Shown here in pieces: positions 1 through 8,649 of a DNA stretch of 64,000 nt. The position numbers and the translations under genes were made by a program. Source of the stretch: Acidimicrobiia bacterium (GTDB taxonomy: Bacteria > Actinomycetota > Acidimicrobiia > IMCC26256 > JAENVU01); NCBI GenBank assembly GCA_046598395.1, contig JBKJIQ010000027.1, positions 51,533-115,532 of the forward strand, in the 5' to 3' direction. Under the pieces are notes generated by a model. The model saw only the letters and a list, made by a program, of their open reading frames with translations, had not been told where the DNA came from and ran no database searches. The number at the start of each line of letters is the position of its first letter. Positions within the stretch are counted from its first letter, which is position 1.

Positions 1-901
1 GCATACCGTCGACGCGTACACCCGCGATGTGCGCCAGTTCGTGACGTGGGCCGACCGTGGTGGATGTCAGAGCCCGACCGTGCTGGACCACGCCACGCTG
101 CGGCGGTACCTCGGCTACCTCAACACTCGTGGGTTTGCTCGACCGACCGTGTCCCGCAAGGCCGCCGCGATCCGCGCCTTTTTGCGCTACCTCACGCGTC
201 ACGGTGTTTTGATCACCGATCCGGGTCGGACGCTGCGCTCACCGAAAGGCCCCAGCCGGCTTCCTCGGGTGCCCCGGATCTCGGAGGCGGCCGCGATGAT
301 CGATGAGGCCGCCGCCGCGGCCGGTGTCCTCAGTGCTGATCACGACGAAGTCGGCGACCGCGCCCATGACGACGACGACCGAGACGCCATCGCCCACGCG
401 GTTGCGCTGCGCGATCTCGCCGTCCTCGAGCTGCTCTATGGGACGGGAATCCGGGTGTCGGAGTGTTGTGGCCTGGACGCCACCGATCTTGATCTCGGCC
501 GGAACCTGCTCACCGTGCTCGGAAAGGGCGCGAAAGTTCGCCGGGTACCACTCGGCGATCCGGCCGCAATTGCCATCGAACGCTGGACCCGGGACGGCCG
601 CCCGTTCCTCGAATCCGAGGAGACCCCACGGGGCGCGGTCTTCCTGAATCGGCGGGGTCGGCGGCTCGGTCCGAGAGACGCCCGCCGGATCCTGGAGCGC
701 CATCCGCTGGCCGATGGGCAGCGATTGCACCCTCATGCCCTCCGGCACGCGTACGCTACTCATCTGTTGGAAGGCGGAGCCGACCTGCGGACCGTGCAAG
801 AGCTGCTCGGACATGCAGACCTGGCAACGACCCAGATCTATACGCATCTCACCCGCGAACGCCTCCGGGCGGTCTACGAATCGACGCATCCTCGTGCCTG
901 A
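1..901 (+). CDS. xerC: Tyrosine recombinase XerC/XerD family, 5' end cut by window edge
   Basis: The frame stays open to nt 2 (HTVDAYTRDVRQF...). C-terminal catalytic block HPHALRHAYATHLLEGGADLRTVQELLGHADLATTQIYTH. It sits upstream of whiG/rpsB as in other actinobacteria. Confidence 0.9.
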   Translation, partial: HTVDAYTRDVRQFVTWADRGGCQSPTVLDHATLRRYLGYLNTRGFARPTVSRKAAAIRAFLRYLTRHGVLITDPGRTLRSPKGPSRLPRVPRISEAAAMIDEAAAAAGVLSADHDEVGDRAHDDDDRDAIAHAVALRDLAVLELLYGTGIRVSECCGLDATDLDLGRNLLTVLGKGAKVRRVPLGDPAAIAIERWTRDGRPFLESEETPRGAVFLNRRGRRLGPRDARRILERHPLADGQRLHPHALRHAYATHLLEGGADLRTVQELLGHADLATTQIYTHLTRERLRAVYESTHPRA

Positions 902-908
902 AACCGTG

Positions 909-1697
909 ATGAACAAAGCCGAGGCCGCTGCGGCGGTGGCCGTGCTCTGGGGCGAGTACAAGTCCGTACCCACGGGCGACGCACGCGAGCGGCTGATCCT
1001 GCACTACTCCCCACTCGTGAAGTTCGTGGCGGGTCGCGTGGCCGCGGGGCTTCCGCAGAGCATCGAGCAGTCGGACCTTGTGTCCTACGGAATCTTTGGA
1101 CTCATCGACGCGATCGACAAGTTTGATCCGGAGCGGGGTTTCAAGTTCGAGACCTACGCGATCAGCCGCATCAAGGGCGCGATCATCGACGAGCTGCGCT
1201 CCATCGACTGGGTGCCGCGCTCCATTCGATCGAAGGCCCGTGCGATCGAGCGGGCCTACTCCAAACTCGAAAACGAGCTGAAGCGTTCACCGGACGATAA
1301 AGAGATGGCTGCAGAGATGGGCATCTCCGAGGCTGAGCTCAGCCAGACTTTGAGCCAGATCAGCTTCGTCGGCATTGTGGCCCTCGACGAAGTGGTCAAT
1401 ACCGGCGAGAAGGGGAGCGGTACCACCACCGTCGGCGACACCGTGGCCGACAAAGTCAACGATCCGGTTGCCGCGTTCGAGGTGGAAGAGATGAAGCACC
1501 TCCTCGCGGATGCCATCAATCGGATGCCCGACCGTGAACGCTTGGTGCTCACGCTCTACTACTACGAGGCCCTCACGCTCGCCGAGATCGGTACGGTGCT
1601 GGGCGTCACCGAGAGTCGGGTGTGTCAGATCCACACCAAGGCGATTCTGCAGCTCCGCGGTCGGTTGATCGAACCGCCCGCCACCGCGAACGCCTGA
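909..1697 (+). CDS. whiG: FliA/WhiG-family RNA polymerase sigma factor
   Basis: Sigma-70 region 2 (DLVSYGIFGLIDAIDKFDPERGFKFETYAISRIKGAIIDELR) and region 4 HTH (LTLAEIGTVLGVTESRVCQIHTKAILQLR). The ORF-track start at 714 overlaps xerC, so I chose ATG 909 (GTG 906 also possible), just after the xerC stop. Confidence 0.9.
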   Translation: MNKAEAAAAVAVLWGEYKSVPTGDARERLILHYSPLVKFVAGRVAAGLPQSIEQSDLVSYGIFGLIDAIDKFDPERGFKFETYAISRIKGAIIDELRSIDWVPRSIRSKARAIERAYSKLENELKRSPDDKEMAAEMGISEAELSQTLSQISFVGIVALDEVVNTGEKGSGTTTVGDTVADKVNDPVAAFEVEEMKHLLADAINRMPDRERLVLTLYYYEALTLAEIGTVLGVTESRVCQIHTKAILQLRGRLIEPPATANA

Positions 1698-1733
1698 CGA
1701 ACAGCGCGGACCACCGCGAACTGGCCACCGCGA
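1680..1733. repeat. Degenerate ~15-bp periodic repeat straddling the whiG stop codon
   Basis: CCACCGCGA occurs at 1681, 1711 and 1725. Units are GCCACCGCGAACGCC / TGACGAACAGCGCG / GACCACCGCGAACTG / GCCACCGCGAGGCAC. The whiG TGA is at 1695-1697. Confidence 0.7.
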
Positions 1734-1778
1734 GGCACTTCATGACCGGACCGGCCGGAAGGCCATCTTGGCCGCCGC

Positions 1779-1807
1779 TTGTCGCAGGCGTTCGGCATTG
1801 GTACACT
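1779..1807 (+). promoter_or_regulatory. Candidate sigma-70-type promoter for the M23 peptidase gene
   Basis: TTGTCG (1779-1784), a 17-nt spacer, then TACACT (1802-1807), about 60 nt upstream of the start codon. Confidence 0.4.
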
Positions 1808-1867
1808 CTCGTCTAATTCCCCCAGAACTTCCTCCTTCCGTGTTCGCTCACGCCCCGGGAGGCGTTG

Positions 1868-3631
1868 ATGGGTTTTCGTTTCACTGCCGGGTGGTTCATC
1901 GCGCTGACACTCGCGCTCATTTCCTCATTCGGCGCGTTCGAGGTTCGCGCCGCGGAGCCCGCCGCGGCGGAGGGATCCGGGGTGCCGTCGGCCTGGTCTC
2001 GTCCGGTTCCCGGTCGGGTCGTCCACCCGTTTGTCGCCCCCAAGTCCCGCTTCGGCGCGGGCCACCGCGGGGTCGACTTCGCCGCGCCGATCGGTACCCC
2101 GGTGCAGGCCGCTCGCTCGGGGGTGGTGACGTTCGCTGGCGCGGTGGGCGGAACCCTTCACGTGGTGATCGATCACGGTGGGGGTATCCGCACGTCGATG
2201 TCGTTCCTGGCCACGGTGAGCGTGCGAGCAGGTCAGCATGTTGCCCGCGGCGAATCCGTGGGTACCGCGGGGGGTGCAGGACCCGACCATGAGTTCGGGG
2301 TGTTGCACTTCGGTGTGCGGGTTGGCGAGGACTACGTGGACCCGATGGCACTCTTCGGAGCAGTCGACCTCGCCGCGGCCATTCATCTCGCACCCGTCCG
2401 TCATCAGCCGTCCCAGACCGGGCTCATGGCTCGGCACAGCGAATCCCGGAGCCTCGTCGATTCGCTGCGCCTGCCGCGTGCGATTCCGGGCCTGACCCCG
2501 GAGCCGACACCGAGCCTGTGGGAGCAGTTGGTGTCCGGGACCAAGGCGGGTTTCGGCGCCACTCTGGGCGGGGCCGAGTGGGGCGTGGGCGTCTTGGTCG
2601 AGGCGGGCTACGGACCGTCGCTGTCCCTCTGGCACCTGGTGCGTGATCGCACGCCGGTGGGCGCGTTGGCCGACGACCTGCATTCGATGGCCTCCCGGTT
2701 CATGGCCTACGTGGATGCCCAAGCCAGCTGCACCAGCAATGGGTCGGCACCGTCGTCACCGTTGGCCGGCCTTGGCTCCGGTCACCGGCTGATGGCCGTT
2801 GGCGGGATCAACAGCTCCACCGATCCGTTGACCGGAGCGACGTTCGGGCTCGATACGAAGGCGCTCGGATACCTCACGGGCGAAGTGGAGTGGTTTTCCT
2901 ATGCGCCCGACGGTGGCGCCTACGAGCCGAATGACACCTATGGCGATTTACTGGGCAAGGCCGTTGCGCTCCGAGACCAGCTGCGGGAAATGCAGCGGGA
3001 ACAACCCGGGGTGGAGGTCGACCTGATCGCGCATTCCCAGGGTGGCGTCGTGGTCGATGCCTTCATGCAGTTCGTCTATGACCCCACGGACCGGAGCCTC
3101 CCTCCGCTCGGGACGGTGGCGACGCTTTCGTCGCCACATCTTGGCGCTCCGCTCGCGCAGGCGGGTCTCGAGATCCGGGAGTCGTTCCTCGGACGTGCCC
3201 TGCTCGACGGTGCCGAGTGGGCCGCGGCCGGCGCGATCCCACCGTCGGGGGGAGTGTCGACCCGTCAGCTCGCGCCGAGTTCTCACCTGATGAAACGGCT
3301 CTGGGCCAAACCGCTCCCCGAAGGATTCGACGTCACGTCGTTCGGAGCATCGGATGACCCGGTTGTGCCGGCGCCGCAAACGGCAGCCCCGGGTGCCCGG
3401 TCCGTGACGGTGAATCCCGATGGGTTGGGCGATCACTCGGCGATCGTCTTGGACCCGTCGGTCATGCGCGACGTGCGACTCGCGCTCGAGCTGCGATCAC
3501 CTCAGTGCGTCGGACTCTTCGAGGGCATTCGCGGTGTCGTCGAACCGGTGCTGATCCGGCGGGCTGAGCTGTTTACGGGCACCGTCGCGGCTCAAGCGTT
3601 GAAGAGTCCGATCGATGTGGTGATCCCGTGA
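1868..3631 (+). CDS. Secreted M23 metallopeptidase fused to a C-terminal alpha/beta-hydrolase (lipase/esterase-like) domain
   Basis: GGGAGG (1857-1862) lies 5 nt before ATG 1868 (TTG 1865 is an alternative). Signal-like N-terminus FIALTLALISSFGAFEVRAAEP. M23 core HRGVDFAAPIGTPV...LHVVIDHGGGIRTSM...HFGVRVGEDYVDP. C-terminal half has the nucleophile elbow DLIAHSQGG. Confidence 0.85.
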   Translation: MGFRFTAGWFIALTLALISSFGAFEVRAAEPAAAEGSGVPSAWSRPVPGRVVHPFVAPKSRFGAGHRGVDFAAPIGTPVQAARSGVVTFAGAVGGTLHVVIDHGGGIRTSMSFLATVSVRAGQHVARGESVGTAGGAGPDHEFGVLHFGVRVGEDYVDPMALFGAVDLAAAIHLAPVRHQPSQTGLMARHSESRSLVDSLRLPRAIPGLTPEPTPSLWEQLVSGTKAGFGATLGGAEWGVGVLVEAGYGPSLSLWHLVRDRTPVGALADDLHSMASRFMAYVDAQASCTSNGSAPSSPLAGLGSGHRLMAVGGINSSTDPLTGATFGLDTKALGYLTGEVEWFSYAPDGGAYEPNDTYGDLLGKAVALRDQLREMQREQPGVEVDLIAHSQGGVVVDAFMQFVYDPTDRSLPPLGTVATLSSPHLGAPLAQAGLEIRESFLGRALLDGAEWAAAGAIPPSGGVSTRQLAPSSHLMKRLWAKPLPEGFDVTSFGASDDPVVPAPQTAAPGARSVTVNPDGLGDHSAIVLDPSVMRDVRLALELRSPQCVGLFEGIRGVVEPVLIRRAELFTGTVAAQALKSPIDVVIP

Positions 3632-3719
3632 TCGGCACCCCGCGTGTTGCACCAATGAGTTCTGCCAATACCAGGAGCGAAGAACGCACCACCAGATCAA
3701 CGACAAGGAGGTCGTAGCT

Positions 3720-5273
3720 ATGACGATTGATTGGGATATTCAGCCGAGCGGCGGGGATCTCCCGTCGCGTCCGGTACCGCGGTCATCGGCCCGGTCCCGA
3801 TTGCGGACGCGTTTGACCGGTGGTCACCGCAGTACCCAAGCCGCGTGCTTGCTGGATGGCGGCGATGGATTCTGGGATCGGCCTGTCACGCGCCGGGCCC
3901 GGAACCCGAAGGGGCGCTCGGCCAGGGTGACCGGGTATCGGGGGTGGGCGTTGGCCTCGCGGCGGGGGACCCGGGTGGCCGCGATCGTGGCGATCGGAAC
4001 CGCGGTGGTGCTCGGGCTCAACGGGATCGCCAGTGCGATTCGCCCCGACGAATCGGGCGGGGACGTCCGACGCTCATTCACACCGGCGTCGGCTTCGGCC
4101 CTGGACCCGAAGCCCAACGGGGCGGCGGCACCGTTCGAGCACCTCACGAGTGACTGGGCCGCGAATCTTGTGGCAGACCCCGTAGCCATGAAGGTGGCGG
4201 ACGCCGACACGATCGTGATCACGCCCGTCGCGGTCGTCTCCTATGACACCGCGAGTGGCCGCGTGCGTTGGACGGCGCCGGTGGAGCAGGCCGAGCCTTA
4301 TCTCGCGGTGAACGCGGAGACGGTGCTGGTGGGGACCCTCGACGGTTTCGTGGCGCTCGACCGTGCGACGGGGACGCGGCGCTGGCGGAGTCTTCTCGAC
4401 GCGCCCACGGATCGCGCGCGCGGAGTCGCGCTGGTGAAGACGGCGGCCGCGGTGGTCGCCATTGCAGCAACGGAACTCGGCGGTGTGGTCGGCCTCGACG
4501 CCAGCACGGGCGCGTCGCTGTGGTCGCTCTCGGTGGACGGAAGCCCGCGTGGGAAGTTGGCGAGCTCCACTGATGGAACGGGTGCGGTGGCACTGGTGAG
4601 CGACCGAAACGATCATGCTGACCTGCGGGTCTTCGATGCCGGCACCGGAGCGGTGCGTTGGTCGGACACGCTCCCGGCTCGGAGCGGGACGCCGACGATC
4701 GCCGGCGGACTCGTCGTGATCGGTGCCGGTGCCTTCGATGCGCCGGGCACGGTTCGGGGCTACCAACTGACCGATGGACAGCTCCGCTGGGAAACGCCAA
4801 CACCGGCGTATTTCAAAGTCGATCCCGCACCGGTGGTCGCCGATGGATCCGTGTTTCTGGTTGATGGCGTGGGCACCGCGATGGCCCTCGATCTGGCCAC
4901 CGGGGCCCGCCGCTGGACCCACACCCTCACGGGGGTCGCGTTCTTGCTTGACCTCGCGGTGATGGACGGGTCGGTGTTCGTCACCGACCTCTTGGTCCGC
5001 GTTCACGTCCTGTTCGCCACCACGGGTCGGCCCCGCAGTCGATGGGACTGGGCGGGATTCCCCGTCCAGATCGGTACCACCGCAGCGGGGCGCATTGTGA
5101 TCGCTCAGAGCCAGGTGCAACAGCATCAGATTCTGTCCTACGTCCCTCATCACATGACCGATGTGGAGCGCCCCGACCGCCCAAAACAACTCAAAGCCTG
5201 GCTCAAGCGGCAGGCCGCCCGGGATCGGGCCGCCGAGAGGTGTCGACGCCACCCCTCCGACTGCCCAAGATGA
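3720..5273 (+). CDS. Membrane-anchored PQQ-like (BamB-like) beta-propeller repeat protein
   Basis: AAGGAGG (3705-3711) lies 8 nt before the ATG. Basic N-terminus and one hydrophobic helix (VAAIVAIGTAVVLGLNGIASAI). Six or more repeats follow, each with a conserved W (VRWTAPV, RRWRSLL, SLWSLSV, VRWSDTL, LRWETPT, RRWTHTL). Confidence 0.75.
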   Translation: MTIDWDIQPSGGDLPSRPVPRSSARSRLRTRLTGGHRSTQAACLLDGGDGFWDRPVTRRARNPKGRSARVTGYRGWALASRRGTRVAAIVAIGTAVVLGLNGIASAIRPDESGGDVRRSFTPASASALDPKPNGAAAPFEHLTSDWAANLVADPVAMKVADADTIVITPVAVVSYDTASGRVRWTAPVEQAEPYLAVNAETVLVGTLDGFVALDRATGTRRWRSLLDAPTDRARGVALVKTAAAVVAIAATELGGVVGLDASTGASLWSLSVDGSPRGKLASSTDGTGAVALVSDRNDHADLRVFDAGTGAVRWSDTLPARSGTPTIAGGLVVIGAGAFDAPGTVRGYQLTDGQLRWETPTPAYFKVDPAPVVADGSVFLVDGVGTAMALDLATGARRWTHTLTGVAFLLDLAVMDGSVFVTDLLVRVHVLFATTGRPRSRWDWAGFPVQIGTTAAGRIVIAQSQVQQHQILSYVPHHMTDVERPDRPKQLKAWLKRQAARDRAAERCRRHPSDCPR

Positions 5274-5444
5274 CGGGTTCACCTACGGGCTCGGAGGATT
5301 CGGGACTCCTCGGGCTACACTCCCGCCCGACTCGACCGCCGTTTCGGCGTCGGGATCTCGCACGCCTGGTCCCCAATGGTCGTCGCCGGAATCCTCCGGA
5401 GGCGCTGACCGGGCGGAAGTTCAACCAGAGGGAAGGACAGATCC

Positions 5445-6422
5445 GTGGCTGTTGTCACTATGAAAGAGCTGTTGGCCGCCGGAGTTCACTTCGGCCACCA
5501 GACCCGCCGCTGGAACCCGAAGATGCGTCGGTTCATCTTCGGCGAGCGCAACGGGATCTACATCGTCGATTTGCAGCAGACGCTGGAACGCATCGACACT
5601 GCCTACCGTTTTGTCCGCAGCACCGTGGCCGATGGTGGCACCGTGTTGTTCGTCGGCACCAAGAAGCAGGCGCGGGAGCCGATCCAGAACCTCGCTTCTC
5701 GCTGTGGAATGCCGTACGTGAACTACCGCTGGCTCGGTGGGATGCTCACCAACTTCCAGACCGTGCACGCTCGCGTGGGCAAGCTGCGGGAGATGGAGCG
5801 GTTGGTCGCTACCGGTGAGATCGAACAGATGATCAAGAAGGAAGGCCTCAAGGTCCGCCGTGAGGTCGTGAAGCTCGACCGGAACCTCGGTGGAATCCGC
5901 AATATGGACAAGCTTCCGAGCGCGATCTTCGTGATCGACACGAAGCAGGAACACATCGCGGTCACCGAGGCGAATCGCTTGGGGATCCCTGTCGTGGCCA
6001 TTGTCGACACGAACTGTGATCCGGACATCATCCAGTACGTCATCCCCGGCAACGACGATGCCATCCGCTCGGCCAACCTGATGTGTCGGGTGATTGCCGA
6101 CGCGGTGGATGAAGGCCGCCACATGGCCCAGAAGCGTGGCGCACGTCCGGGCACGAAGTCCGAGCCGCCCAAGCCGGTGCCGTTGACGCCAGAAGAGCAG
6201 GCGGTCCGGGACGCCCAGCAGGCGGAGGCCCGCAATGCAGCTGCCGCCCAGCAGGCGGCGCGTGAGCAGAGGCTCGCCGAAGCCAAGGCCCAGAAGGCAG
6301 CGGAGCCTGACACCGAAGCCGTCGCGGAGACCGACACCGAGGCTGACGCACCCGCCGACGCCTCCGCGGTCGAGGCAGTGGCGGAAGTGACGGAGCCGGC
6401 AGGGGAGGCCACCAATGGCTGA
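5445..6422 (+). CDS. rpsB: 30S ribosomal protein S2 with A/E/Q-rich C-terminal extension
   Basis: [46 protein letters not shown] is the canonical S2 N-terminus. It overlaps the tsf start by 8 nt. Confidence 0.97.
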   Translation: MAVVTMKELLAAGVHFGHQTRRWNPKMRRFIFGERNGIYIVDLQQTLERIDTAYRFVRSTVADGGTVLFVGTKKQAREPIQNLASRCGMPYVNYRWLGGMLTNFQTVHARVGKLREMERLVATGEIEQMIKKEGLKVRREVVKLDRNLGGIRNMDKLPSAIFVIDTKQEHIAVTEANRLGIPVVAIVDTNCDPDIIQYVIPGNDDAIRSANLMCRVIADAVDEGRHMAQKRGARPGTKSEPPKPVPLTPEEQAVRDAQQAEARNAAAAQQAAREQRLAEAKAQKAAEPDTEAVAETDTEADAPADASAVEAVAEVTEPAGEATNG

Positions 6423-7260
6423 CGTTGCCGCGAAGGACGTTGCCTCACTCCGCAAGCTCACCGGCGCCGGAATGATGGACTGCAAGAAGGCGCTGCTGGA
6501 ATCAGACGGCGACATGGAGGCGGCCAAGGATTGGCTGCGCAAGAAGGGCCTGTCCGGGGCCGCGAAACGTGAAGGGCGTGCCGCAGATCAGGGCGCCATC
6601 GAAGTGATGGTGGAGCCCGGAGTCGCGACTGTGGTCGAGCTCAACTGCGAAACCGACTTCGTCGCGAAAGGCCCTGATTTCAAGGCCTTCGTTGGCACCC
6701 TCGTGCGTCAGATCTCACAATCCGGTGACGCCGATATCGCCGGCCAAGTCTTCGACGGGTCCACGGTCGGCGAAGCCATCGCGGCACTGGGTTCGAAGCT
6801 CGGTGAGCGTGTCGAGCTCGGCCGCACGGCTCGCTTCGAGTCAGCCGATGGCGTGCTCGACGCGTACAAGCACGTCCAGAACGATCGTGGCACGATCGGG
6901 GTACTCGTCGAGCTGGGCGGCGTGAGCCCCGACAACGAAGCCGCCAAAGCGGTCGCTCACGACATCGCGTTGCACATCGCGAGCGCGCAGCCTCGGTTCG
7001 TCAGCAAGGACGATGTCCCGGCTGATGCGATCGAGAAAGAGCGCGAAGTCCTCACCGAGTTGACCCGCAACGAAGGCAAGCCCGAAGCCGCGATGGAAAA
7101 GATCGTGTCCGGTCGCCTCAACGGGTTCTACAAGGACTATTGCCTGCTGGAGCAGGGCTTCGTCAAAGAGCCCAAGACCACGATCGCCTCACTAGTGGCG
7201 GGTCTCGGAGCGGGTGTCACGGTTCGCCGATTCGTGCGGATCAAGGTCGGCGAGGACTGA
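6415..7260 (+). CDS. tsf: Translation elongation factor Ts
   Basis: [34 protein letters not shown] (UBA-like N-terminus of EF-Ts). Position directly after rpsB. Confidence 0.97.
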   Translation: MADVAAKDVASLRKLTGAGMMDCKKALLESDGDMEAAKDWLRKKGLSGAAKREGRAADQGAIEVMVEPGVATVVELNCETDFVAKGPDFKAFVGTLVRQISQSGDADIAGQVFDGSTVGEAIAALGSKLGERVELGRTARFESADGVLDAYKHVQNDRGTIGVLVELGGVSPDNEAAKAVAHDIALHIASAQPRFVSKDDVPADAIEKEREVLTELTRNEGKPEAAMEKIVSGRLNGFYKDYCLLEQGFVKEPKTTIASLVAGLGAGVTVRRFVRIKVGED

Positions 7261-7266
7261 CCAGCC

Positions 7267-8034
7267 GTGTCCACGAGCCGCTACCGACGCGTCGTGCTCA
7301 AGCTCTCCGGCGAGTCCTTTGCTGAGGACATCGGATTCGGGATCGATGCCACCGTGGTGGAGCGGATCGCGAATGAGATCGCGGAGTCCCGTCGCGAGCT
7401 TGATCTCGAGATCGCAATCGTCGTCGGGGGCGGAAATATCTTCCGGGGCATCGCCGGCAAGACCCGGGGTATGGACCGCGCTCGGGCCGACTACATGGGG
7501 ATGTTGGCCACGGTGATCAACGCGCTGGCTCTGCAAGACGCGTTCGAAGGAGCGGGCCAACCCACTCGGGTCCAGACCGCGATCACGATGGCGAAGGTTG
7601 CTGAGCCGTATATCCCGTTGCGGGCGATCCGCCATATGGAGAAGGGTCGCATCGTGATCTTTGCCGCCGGGACCGGCAATCCGTACTTCACCACCGACAC
7701 CACCGCGGCGTTGCGCGCCGCCGAGATCGGCGCCGAGGCGGTGCTGAAGGGCACCCACTCAGGAGTCGACGGTGTCTACAGCGCGGATCCTCGCCTCGAT
7801 CCCAACGCGGTGAAGCTCGACGCGATCTCTCACTTCGAGGTCCTCAACCGGGGCCTGAAGGTGATGGACTCCACCGCGATCACGTTCTGTATGGACAATG
7901 AGCTACCGATCACGGTCTTCGATGTGTCCACGCCCGGCAATATCCGCCGAGCGCTCAAGGGTGATCTGATCGGTACCCTGGTGAGCACTAGCTCTCATAC
8001 CACCACAACCCCTCCCCCCACTGAGGAGCGCTGA
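7267..8034 (+). CDS. pyrH: UMP kinase
   Basis: [11 protein letters not shown]...[10 protein letters not shown]...[13 protein letters not shown]...[24 protein letters not shown]. Confidence 0.97.
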   Translation: MSTSRYRRVVLKLSGESFAEDIGFGIDATVVERIANEIAESRRELDLEIAIVVGGGNIFRGIAGKTRGMDRARADYMGMLATVINALALQDAFEGAGQPTRVQTAITMAKVAEPYIPLRAIRHMEKGRIVIFAAGTGNPYFTTDTTAALRAAEIGAEAVLKGTHSGVDGVYSADPRLDPNAVKLDAISHFEVLNRGLKVMDSTAITFCMDNELPITVFDVSTPGNIRRALKGDLIGTLVSTSSHTTTTPPPTEER

Positions 8035-8035
8035 G

Positions 8036-8599
8036 ATGCCGACGGCACCGGAGATCATCGCCGAATGTCGCGACAAGATGGCCAAAGCCGTCGCTCATCT
8101 CAAAGAAGAGTTCTCCACGGTTCGCACCGGTCGGGCCACGCCCGCGCTGGTCGAGAAGATCAGGGTCGACTATTACGGCAGCGATGTGCCGCTCCAGCAG
8201 CTCGCCGGGTTCAGCGTGCCGGAGCCTCGCGTCTTGGTCGTCCTGCCGTATGACAAGAGCGCGATGAGCGCGATCGAAAAGGCCATCCAACAGAGCGATC
8301 TTGGGATCAACCCTGGCAACGACGGACAGGTCATCCGCCTCGCCTTCCCGCCGTTGACCGAAGAGCGCCGCAAGGACCTGGTCAAGGTCGTGAAACACCG
8401 GGCCGAGGACGGCAGGGTCGCGGTTCGAAATGCCCGTCGTAGCGCTCGTCAGGAGCTCGAGGCGCTGGAGAAAGACGGCGATATTTCTAAGGACGAGCTG
8501 GACCGCGTGGAGAAGGAACTCGAGAAGGCCACCCATGAGGTCGTGTCCGAAGTGGACCAAATGCTCGCTCACAAAGAACAGGAACTGCTGGAGGTCTGA
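8036..8599 (+). CDS. frr: Ribosome recycling factor
   Basis: Full-length RRF-like sequence (FSTVRTGRATPALVEKIRVDYYGSDVPLQQLA...) in the pyrH-frr-cdsA order. Confidence 0.97.
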   Translation: MPTAPEIIAECRDKMAKAVAHLKEEFSTVRTGRATPALVEKIRVDYYGSDVPLQQLAGFSVPEPRVLVVLPYDKSAMSAIEKAIQQSDLGINPGNDGQVIRLAFPPLTEERRKDLVKVVKHRAEDGRVAVRNARRSARQELEALEKDGDISKDELDRVEKELEKATHEVVSEVDQMLAHKEQELLEV

Positions 8600-8649
8600 G
8601 CGAGGCCACCGAGCAGAGGTTCAGGGGCCAGCGGCCCAAGGGGTCTAGG

